A DNA stretch of 64,000 nt from Tetramitus jugosus (Eukaryota; Protista; Heterolobosea). Under the pieces are notes generated by a model. It was not told the origin of the DNA. It saw only the letters and a program-made list of their open reading frames with translations, and ran no database searches. The position numbers were made by a program, and so were the translations under genes. The DNA lies in NCBI GenBank assembly GCA_937625935.1, contig OW569374.1, positions 372,001-436,000 of the forward strand, read 5' to 3'. Position 1 is the stretch's first letter; the number at the start of each line of letters is the position of its first letter. Of the stretch, positions 10,636 to 21,800 are shown piece by piece.

Positions 10636-12573
10636 ATGTGGAGTTTCATTTGCAAGCATTCAGCATCAACAGCAGTCAAATTATCTCATCGAAATTCGTT
10701 GCACCATGGATGTGCTATTCTCACCAATCTCCATCACAACAACAACAATTTCAACCACAAAAGCTTACACCATCACCACAATAGCTTTCACACTTTTTTG
10801 AATCACACTTTTCCAAAATCCCAATCAACAACAACAACAACTACAACTACTACTGATGCAACTGATGCAACAGCTACTCCACCCACAGTCACAATACCGA
10901 TTGAGCTATTGAGAGGCACATTGTCTCATGTGAGAGAATACCTTTCTGCGAGTACCATTTATCGAAATCAAATTCATGAACAGCAAACAGCATCAGTAAC
11001 AGGAATCAATGAAGAAGAAGACGAATACGTTGGTCAAATGTATCAAGAACCAAGTGCCAAATTTTCAGTGTCAGCAATTGATATGTTGGAACATTCAATT
11101 ACTCAATTGATTGCTCAAGTATCATCAATGAAGCAATATTCTACAAGGGATTTGTTCACTATGCTTCAATTCTTGTATGTGGTGACAGAATGGAGATCAT
11201 ACGAGTCACAATTGTCATCCAATGATAATGATGCTAGCCAAGCAAGGACTCTTGAGATGCACCAAAAGGATAAACTTTTATATATCAAGTGTCTTCAATT
11301 GTCAGAATATTTGATTCATCGATCCACCAATGAAATCAAGTTGATCAATAGCAATAGTAGCAGCAGTGGCAATAGTAGTCGGTTGTTAGAGATGGTTCAA
11401 TTGAGTTTTTCAGTGCTGTGCATTCGATTGCAATCCAGTTTCCATTTGGGTGATATTGCAATGATGAAGTCATGTTATCAAGATGCTCTCAAGTACCTCA
11501 AGAGAGAAATTACAGTCTATGGTCAAAGGAAGAACAAATCTGTAAGTGACTCACACTTTACTTCGTTGCACCTGGATTTGAACAATGTATCAGCATTGTT
11601 CTCTTCTGCGCCTCACTTGGGACTGTATGAAGACATGTTGTTCATTGGCGATGTCATGAAGAGATGTTATCCAAGTGGTAAATTTGAGGAGATAATGGCA
11701 GGATTTCATGAGTCTGCTGATTCGGTTGACACATATTTTGATTACAGCGCGATTTATCAACTGTTAACAGAATTGGTACAAAAGAATGGATCTGTTGAAA
11801 ACTACGAGTACGAAGAAGCAACGACAGCATCATCAAAGACAAAGAAGAATAGCAAACCAAAGAGAGACACAATGAAAGCAGGACAATTTGAGGTAAAGAA
11901 CCTGATGTTCAATCATTTGGAGACAAAGGAGACTGGAAACACACTTGCGCACAAACAATTCTCAGATTATTCCAACTTCTCGGATGAGAATGAGTGGATA
12001 AAGATTGATTATGAACTTCCAACATTGTTGACTCATGGAAGAGCTGTTCTATGGTATCAATTGAATGGTGGTATTCCATTGGCAGGTATTCAGATGAAGA
12101 ATGGAGATATTCATGTGGCTGGCTTCAGAGACATGAGTGGTAGTGATATTGCTCCTGTGGAAGACATTGAGCAGCCTGATTCACAACAACAGCAATCACA
12201 ACCACAACAAGATAATTCATTGAGTGAGGAAGATGTCGAGTCATACAGAGAAGAAATGATCAAAGAGTTGGAGAAGGGTGAGGAAACATTGACAGATCCA
12301 GCTGAAAGGGCTCAGGTGACCGAAATGATTGACAAATTCAATGATCCAAACAAGTTATTGGATGACAAGGAGGATGAGGAAATTGATTTTCAGAGCTTAA
12401 AGGTTCACGTTCACTTCCACTTCGTGCCACAAGACAAAGCAACCAACAGTTTTACAGGTCGCTATTATCGAAAATTGCATGCAGTCAAGGAAGGATCTAA
12501 GGATGAGGCAGTCATCAAGTTCATTTTCGATATGAAGGCTGACATACTACCTCTCCAACAAGAGGAAAACTGA
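10636..12573 (+). CDS. Hypothetical 645-aa protein, probably mitochondrion-targeted
   Basis: Long ORF. The N-terminal ~70 aa are S/H/K/R/T-rich with no acidic residues (presequence-like); helical middle and acidic C-terminal region. Confidence 0.7.
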   Translation: MWSFICKHSASTAVKLSHRNSLHHGCAILTNLHHNNNNFNHKSLHHHHNSFHTFLNHTFPKSQSTTTTTTTTTDATDATATPPTVTIPIELLRGTLSHVREYLSASTIYRNQIHEQQTASVTGINEEEDEYVGQMYQEPSAKFSVSAIDMLEHSITQLIAQVSSMKQYSTRDLFTMLQFLYVVTEWRSYESQLSSNDNDASQARTLEMHQKDKLLYIKCLQLSEYLIHRSTNEIKLINSNSSSSGNSSRLLEMVQLSFSVLCIRLQSSFHLGDIAMMKSCYQDALKYLKREITVYGQRKNKSVSDSHFTSLHLDLNNVSALFSSAPHLGLYEDMLFIGDVMKRCYPSGKFEEIMAGFHESADSVDTYFDYSAIYQLLTELVQKNGSVENYEYEEATTASSKTKKNSKPKRDTMKAGQFEVKNLMFNHLETKETGNTLAHKQFSDYSNFSDENEWIKIDYELPTLLTHGRAVLWYQLNGGIPLAGIQMKNGDIHVAGFRDMSGSDIAPVEDIEQPDSQQQQSQPQQDNSLSEEDVESYREEMIKELEKGEETLTDPAERAQVTEMIDKFNDPNKLLDDKEDEEIDFQSLKVHVHFHFVPQDKATNSFTGRYYRKLHAVKEGSKDEAVIKFIFDMKADILPLQQEEN

Positions 12574-12870
12574 ACACACATGTGGGTCAACTCGATGTCT
12601 AGCGCGTATTCTGGTTTGTTGGGCACGACGCGACAAAAATAAAACCAGCCAAAGCATGAACAGAAATACCCATTTTTATACTTTGAGCTCGAACAACCAC
12701 GGTTTCTCTTCAGGCCCAAATCCCTGAATTCCCAAAGGAAACAAAGAACAGAGAGACACGATCAACCTGAAAGCCATCTGAAAAACCAAGGATTTTTTCA
12801 GCCATTTTTTTGCCACGGACAACCTAATTAGTTTTAATCTATTGGATTAAGGAGAATACAATTGTAAATA

Positions 12871-15800
12871 ATGTTCGAAGGAATAGTATCAAAGATCCTT
12901 GTGAAAGTACTTGGTGATTACATTGAGGATATTGACAGCCAGAACCTTCGTCTCGGCCTACTCGCCGGTGATGTTCAACTGAAGCAACTGAAAATGAAAT
13001 CGACAGCATTGGACGCTTTTGACCTACCTATTACTGTCGTGTGGGGATATGTTGGAACCATAAAGGCTTCTATACCGTGGAAATCTCTCGGCACCTCACC
13101 TGTAACGCTAGACATCTCCGATATCTACATTGTGGTTCAACCCAGGAAATGTGTAGCGTACGATCCAGAGATTGAAAAGGAACGATTAGAAAAATCAAGA
13201 ATCGCACGCTTACACAACTATGAGTTTCATCGAATGGCTCACTCTTTGTCTGCATCACCAGCACATGCTGTAGAGGATGAGACGGGTGATGGCGCTGACA
13301 CTGAAGCACAGGAGCGAAAGACTGCTGCTACTGATTCAGAGTCTTCGATTGGAGAAACAGTTTCTTCAGACGAAGCAGCATCGAAAACACAAGCAACGAC
13401 CGCTGTGACTCCAAGTGAAGAAAAGAAAGATACTTCCTCGTTTGTCGATCGCCTCACAGAAACTATTATTAACAATATTCAGATAAGAGTGCACAATGTG
13501 CGCGTACGATACGAGGATGACTCTGATCCAAACATGCCAATCATCTTTGGATTGAACCTGGAGGATGTTTCTGTCGTATCTTGCGATGAAAATTGGAAAG
13601 AGTCTTGGGTAAAGGGCAGTCAAGAACCAATGTACAAGAAGGCTATGATCTCTGGATTGTCCATGTACAGCGAGAAAACAACGGACCTACTATTCAGCAA
13701 GATTGAAAATTTGGATCAGTTCCAAGAGCAGATGAAGCAGTTTATTGCAAAGTTTTCACAACATGACAATCGATCAATCACATCTCTATTGGAGCCTACT
13801 GACGCAACTCTCAAAGCAATTCTTCAAAGAAACGATAGCCTAGATATGACAAAGCCAAAATTGGCATTGGAACTATTGCCTGGTAATGTGTCACTGAGCA
13901 TCAATGACAAACAGTACATGAATATCTTGCGTGTAATCGACTATGTGACCAACTATTCAAGATTTGAGAGATTTAGAAGCATTCGACCAGAAGAGGCTTT
14001 CTACAGCTCTGAAAACAGAATGAACAGCGAGGAGAAGAGAAAGAAGTGGTGGAAGTATGCGATCTTAGCTGCCAACAAAAACATGGAGACTCAATATTTT
14101 TCATGGGAGGATGTTCAGCAGAAACGAGAACTTAGAAACGAATACATTGAGCTATACAAGCGCAGTAAAGCTTCGTTCAAGCGGAAATTAGATGCCGAGG
14201 AAAATGAACGCCTTGATTTCTTGGAGCGAACCATGCCGACAACGGATGTGATATTTGCTCGCGAGTCAGCAGAAGCACAACTGAAAATTGAACTTCAGAG
14301 ATACAAGAAACACAAAGAAAGCTTACCGAAGCGAGCTGCTTCTTGGTTGACAAGTTGGTTCACACCAGCGCACGATGAGCTAGACGAAGAATCGTTGGGT
14401 GAGATTGAAGTCACTGACGAAGAAAGAAAGCAATTAGAGTTGGACATTGGATACAGTATTAGTACTTCTGGTGTATTGGAGACACCTCCTGATTTCGTTG
14501 AGTTGCTATTTAGTGTGATCCTGTGCGGTCAAGTTGAGCTAGTCGATTCCGAGTTTGACAAAGTTATTGTGCGAGGATCACTAACGGATTTGAATGTATC
14601 TGTGGGAGCGAGAGCAAACGCATCATCCTTCATTATCACAACTTCTATCGGAAGTGTGAGCTTGAAGGATGAGTTTACAACAAACACTCAATTCCCCGAT
14701 ATTATCGCCAAAGTGGAGGAAGGCAAAAAGCTCGTAGATGTTTCAATTGAAGCAAATCCATTACATAAGGAGGAGGACTTAATTGTGGATGTATCTATTG
14801 CTGGTGTTGAAATTATAGCAAATTTGGCACTATTGCAGAGAATTTTAGCCTTCTTTATTATACCCTCAGATGTGGACTTGGAAGAGTTGCAAAAGGTATT
14901 GCAGATGCAGTTGGAAGAGTTGCAACGTTTTGCAACGCTACAATTGCAAATCGCACTGCAGAACAAGTATATCATTTCTATCAATTTATCTCTGAATGCT
15001 CCCACTTTCCTCATTCCAGAGGATCCCACAGACAAGAGCAAACCTGTTCTTGTTATTGACTTGGGTCAGTTGGTCATGTCCAGCGAGCCTACGGATAAGG
15101 CAAGGGACGATCGGATCAAGGAGAGCAAATTGGAGGAGAAAGATTTTTATGATCATTACATTGTGGAGTTGTCCCATGTCTCAGCGACTCTATACCCCAA
15201 TTATGATCAAGACAAAATAGCAGATACCTTGGTGCATGATTTATCATTTACAATGGTATTCTCAGCTTTGATTGCTACCAACACAACCTATCCAGCTTTT
15301 GCGCTTGATTCGAAGCTCCCACTTGTCAACATTAATATATCTCCAAAGAAGGTGTCACACTTGTCTGGTATCATCAACAATATTTTCGATTTCATCGACA
15401 ATCCTGTAGGAATACAGAAATCGATGATTCAGAAGAGTGGATATGTGGAATTAAATTATCAAACAAAGGCAACTGATATTGACTTGCCGGAAAAGAAACA
15501 GTACTTGTGTGATTTGAGAATTGATGGAACAATCTTGCTGTATGATTCTGAGGAGAGAGGTAAACCTGCTGTTTATGTTGGAATTAACAGACTCATGCAG
15601 GTGGTTTCCAGTTCAGACAATTCCGCACTAAATCGAAATGAGTTTGGTCTAATTGTATCGACGAAGACTAATGATATTTTATTCATTTTCAAATTAGAAA
15701 ACGAAGAAGCAGCCAATGAATGGTATGATATCATACGGGCAAAGTTACTCGATATCGTGTCAGTTCCTACGACGAGGGTAATTCCAAACAAGAGCAATCT

Positions 15801-18800
15801 TTCCATCACCGACGCAATTCAACCGAATCAACAAGTTGTTCAGTTACGTGCAACATTTGTCCTGGAAGAGTTGTGTTTAAATATTGTACATACAAGGAAA
15901 GAAAGCGAGGTACCTTTGGTGGCTCTTATTGTCACTAATTTTGCTATTAACGTGCAATCGAGAAGTTATGATACGACAATTGATATGAAACTTCAACAAA
16001 TTACGGTGAGCGAGTTTACTCGTAGTATATCCAAACCCCAACCACTATTGTACTCGGGAAACAAAGGAGGTATACAGCAGAATATTGCAGAAGCCAAGAT
16101 CTTAATTACATCAGATGAGAGATCAGAATTTTATTCTGAGAATTCTGATGTCGTAGTCAACGTTGAATTCTCAAAGTTCACATTGCATTTCGATCCTTAT
16201 GTGGTTTCGGTGCTGATTCGAAAGGTGTTTGAGTTTATTGAATTATCTCAGCTATTTGTGTCTCGGACCTTGTCGTATCAACCTGTGAGAAAACAAATAG
16301 ACGAGGAGTTGCATGATAGAAATATTGTGGTTGTAAGAGCTTCCCTAGCAAGAGCTGCAATGATATTGGAGGATCAATCCAGCAAATTTATTAGTCTGTC
16401 GATGAAGAATACTTCCGTATCATTATCGATGGATGACAAGGCCGTTATTATTGACGGACATATTGGCGATTTGACAGCCAAAGGTCACACATCTGATTCA
16501 AAGTATCGCGAAATCATGGGCTTGACCTCGAAGGGGGGATCTCTTGTTGATTTTACCATTCGACAAGATCTATTAACTGTGGAGACAACACCATACTACC
16601 CCACACACGTGAAGGTTATATTAAGCTCTATTCAATTTGTTTACGTACAAAGTACCATCAATCACTTCATATCCTACATCATGGATGGGCCTCTATTACC
16701 AACAATACAAGAAGTTACAACGAACTTCCAAACTAAAGGAGAACAGAATTCAGTAGCACACGTTGATCAAACAGTCGCTTCTCAGAGTCTAGCCCAAATC
16801 TCATTGGATATAACTTTGTTGAATCCTTTGATCATCATTCCCGAGAATAGTATGAGCTCAGACAAGTTGATTGCGAATTTAGGAAAAATTACCGTGACGA
16901 ACTCCCTTAATCAGGTATCGAACCATCAGAATGAAGAAATCAATTGGACTGAAACAATAGTTGTTTCTCTCCAAGATACAAACATTCAGACGGAGTTATT
17001 GGGAAAGAGAGAGAAGGTTCTGAACGATACCAATTTTGAAATAGACATCGTGCGACCTATCATTGATGAAAAGTCTGAGCTACCTCAAGTCTGTGTCGTT
17101 TTGAATGTTCAAGAACAGTTCAGCATGGAGATGAATCATGCGCAATATGAATCAATGTTTAGAATCATTTATCAAAATTTCATGGCCGAGACTCCCACAG
17201 AGAACAGAAGAGCTCAACTCAGTGCTTTGATGTCAGAAAGACATACCAAAGAACAAGAAACAGTTGATGAGGAACAAGATAGGCGTGACAAAGTGTCTGT
17301 TCAAGTGAACGTATCTCTTGTCAACATCAATCTTACGATCTTAAAGAGCGTAGAGCTGATGGATCCCGAACCCATTGCACGTCTCGATATGCACAATTTG
17401 AATGTTAATGTTACTCAGATGCAGGACGGATCCACTGGAATGACAATGTTTTTGCCAAAGATTGATGCATTCGATCTCAGGAATAATAAGGTGAAGCAAT
17501 TTGTTGAGTCAAAGACTCATTCATCTGATGAACCATTGATCCATTTGTTGTTGGACCTGAATCCGGTGAAAAATGTGATGCATATCAATTTGCAGCTTGG
17601 AAGTCCAGAGATGATTGTCGACCCTCCTCTAATCATGGATATCACAAACTATTTCTCATCCTTACCCATTGTTCCACAGCAGAGTAAGAAGGAGAGACAC
17701 AGTGTTCAGTTTAATAATATTAGTGACATCGTGATAGGAAGTAATGTGTTCTTGGGTGAAGACATCTATCTATCTCTTGATAGAAAACTCCAAATTACAT
17801 CGAAGGACTCGAATGAGATTATCATTGATGGTCAGGGTCATATTATCGACTTTGACGTAACATCTCCTGATGAGATCGTTCCATTGATATATATTGCACC
17901 AGGTATAAGCTTGATATTCAAGAATACCATCTTGAGACATTCTGACAACTTGGATCAGTTGATTCATTACGGAGACGAAAACAGTGTTGTTAGTGCACCC
18001 ACGACTCTAAATGTCTTCACTCAAAAGTTGACCAAGGATCAACATTTGGAAATTAAACAAAGAGAATTAGAGGTTGGGGGAATAAGAGATAAGTACAAGA
18101 AGCCAGATCAAATGCGTACGGTCTTCCAAGGAGAGTTTGGTAGCCCTGTTGTTCTCATTCCTGTTTCACCAGAGAAAGATACAACAAGGTACTTTGTATT
18201 AGAAGGTCAATTATCTGTGAACATAGATATGAAACCTGTCACTCAAGAGAATATTTATGAGTGCTTCTTGAACGAGTGCCGTCTTTACAACAGATCGGAT
18301 GACATGGGAACACATAGGAAGAGTGCAAACATATTGGAGCCTGTGTCCATCTCTTGCAAGATGAAAGAGAGCGTTCATGAAGACGAGCTGATCAGAGCAA
18401 TCAGTATCAATATCAAGGACTCTATCTTTGCCAGATTATCTTACAACGATGTGAAGAGTGTATTGAAAATTACTCAATCATTCACTCAGAGCCAGGAGGA
18501 TTCTAGTAGTTCTGTTACGGGTATCGGGAGATCAGATAGTAAGGCAATTGAAGATGACATCATTGTCTTATCACCTGGAATAGATGATGTGGATATACAG
18601 GATCAAGAATTCAGAGAGTTTGAAACCAATGTAGATCGTACAGAACTATCGGATAAGAAATCTTATTCAGATCATCTAAGCTCAGAAGCTTCTGAGCTAA
18701 CGATGACCACACCGACCTCCATCGTTTATACATTCGATATTACGCCAAACTTAGAAGCGTCCTTGAGATTAATAGACGATATCAATGGATATGATGTTCC

Positions 18801-21800
18801 TCTTCTTAATTTTTCAATTGATAGCATTCTGATTCAAAAAGCAAGAATGAGCCAAATGGGAAATACTCTGGACCTCGCTACAACCGTATCCTTTAGAGTT
18901 GTTGGATACTTTTTCAATATGAAATTGGCATTATGGGAACCTATCATTGAACCTTATCATGCAGTGGTGGAGTATGAACGTCGACCTACTCAGAATGCTG
19001 ACTCTCCTGTGTCATACATGGATAAACTAATTCTGAAACAACATGATTTAGGAATCAACCAATCTCCGGAACCTTTTAGTATTAATGTTTCCAAATCTAT
19101 GATTGACACGGTCAATAAGGTTCAACAGGCGTGGACCAGAGATATTGAAACTGATGTTGTTTCCACTGTTCTAGATCCTATCCTACTCAGAAATCATACC
19201 GGAATTGAAGTTCTATTCACTATACAGGGTGCAGACCGCCCAGTACGTATCGCACACGGATCAGAACATAGTTTCTCCATGGATGAACACTTTGAATCAA
19301 TCGATTCTCGTCAAAAATCAACCCCGATTCTAGCGACCATTGAGCTTCCTCATGTTGATATTGACTTCTCATTAGATCTGAAATCTATTGGTATCAAACA
19401 TTTCGAGAACAAACGAAGGAAAATCCATGCAATTGTGGAGACCGAAATCGAAGATGGTAGAAGAATCATTACGCTCCGAAGTGGCGCCAAGGTAGTGAAT
19501 GAAAGCTCTATCATGTGGACTATTGCATCAAAAGACTTATCAGATGGTCAATTGACAATTATCGGTGATATATTGCCAGGTACATCTGTAGGTGTACCAA
19601 TTCTTGAAATCGACAATGGTTTCCTGTGTATCAAACCATCAGAAGTTTATGACTGGAATAGTAGCTCAAATTGTGCTTGGAGTAATCTTATGACTGACAA
19701 ATCGAGGTCATTGCTGGTTAGTTGTCCTCATATGCAAGAGTACGGCCATTCCTGTCAGGCTGTGATCAGAACTAAAGCCACCAACCTGGCTAATGATGAA
19801 TCACAAGAGAAATCGTACACCATAAAGATCGACGCTCCAATGGTAATCGAAAATCTACTCGGCCAAACAGTACAATACAAGCTGTATCAAAGCGTCGAAC
19901 AGAGTCAACAAAGTCCTACAATGAGTGGGGAATTAGCCGTAGGAGCCAAAGAATATATCTATACTCTTGATTTTGGATCCAAAATATTCATGAGGACTGT
20001 GTTTGATGAAGGCTGTAATTGTCCTCACACTGCTCTGATCTATTCTCCCAAACGTTCAGAATGTCAAAATAAGCTGTCTATCATGAATCGGGTCAGAGCT
20101 ACAGTGGTCATTAACTTTGATTACTCATCTGAATCTACATCCGGTGCCTATCATAGCGTGTCTCTCTATTCTCCCTATTGGCTAGTCAATCATACTTCAA
20201 AGAATCTCATGCTAAAAGAAAGCTCAGGAAGAATTTTGTCCCATGCCAACGCTCTATCTAGCAACCAGAGAACAACTCCAATAATGTTTTCATTTACAAA
20301 AGAGAAAGACCATAAGGTTGCTCTCCGTATCGATAACTCGCCATACTCTGAATACTTTAGTATCGGTAATGTGGGTGTTAGTGATTATCTCATGGTTACA
20401 AGTCCCTCGGATATGAACTACTGCATTGGATTCACAGTCCAGTTAGCAACAGGAAAATTTAATCGAACGAAAATTGTGACAATATCGCCTCGATACATTT
20501 TCCAGAATCTGACGTCATATGATATTCACGTGAAACAAGTTCGAACATCTGAAGAATGTGTCTTGCAATCTCAAAAGATAAGCGACTACTATTGGCATGG
20601 ACATTCCATCTCATCGCCTGAACTCATGATCTCAATACCATCGGTATCGCTTGATTGGTCCAGCCCGTTCATACTCAATTCACTTGGTGATATGTCAGTT
20701 AAGATGATGAACCAAGAAGATCCAAATGAAATCAATTGGAAGATGCTGAATATCAACTTGTCAGAACGCGGTGGCTCCATTCTTGTCAAGATTGAAGATC
20801 AGAATCAACCTCCGTACATCATTGAGAATCGATTGAACATTCCCATTAAAGTGAGTCAGTATGAGATCGACAAATGGTGGGAAGTTCGTGAAAACAACAA
20901 GCTTGACTACGCTTGGGACAATTTGATGGCACCTCAAAATTTGATAGTTTTGATCGATAATAATGAGATTGGACCCATCGATATTAACAAGGTGACTGGT
21001 GTAGACACGGAACTTGCAATTCACGACAATCAAATGATCTTCATTTCTGTGCATACAAATGATGGTACTAGAGTCCTTCGTGTTGATACTAATCGCTACT
21101 ACGATAAATCAGCTCCATTCAGAAAGGTCAAACCGATTGAGAAATCGAAGAAGCGCAAAAGAAGACTTCGTTGTGGTTCGAGAGATGTGCCTCCATCGCC
21201 GGAGGAGCAACCACAATCGCTTCGACTTGAGCCAGCGAATTTGAAAGACGAAGAATTCTCCCTGTTCGTGTACATAGACCTTCCATCTATCGGATTTTCA
21301 TTGATTGACGATAAGTTGAAACGAGAAATCGCCTATGTGTACATGGAAGACTTATTATTTAGATTCGAGCAAACCAACAAGAATCAGTATATTGAATTTA
21401 CACTGACCAAGGCTCAAATCGATAATCAGTTGCTGAACTGTGTGTATCCAGTTGTTTTGTACAATGAGGAATCAAAAGAGAAAGCATTCATTCATTTTAG
21501 TGCGTGTCGAGCCATGTCAGACCAAAATGCTCTCCTGTTTAGATATTTATCTGTGGCAATGCAAAAAATGCACCTGCGTATTGAGTATGCGTTTGTGGAA
21601 ACACTTATCTCACTGGTGTCCAGTTTATTGGAGAGCGATTTGTCAGATGACCAAGAAGTAACGGAAAAGATGATGGAGTCAATTCAAACTCTAAATACTA
21701 GCACAGTGGGAGGTATTGCTCCTTCTGAAGCGAAATTCTACTTTGATACATTCGAGTTACATCCTATTCGGATCTACCTGAGCTTCCTTTTCAATCGAGC

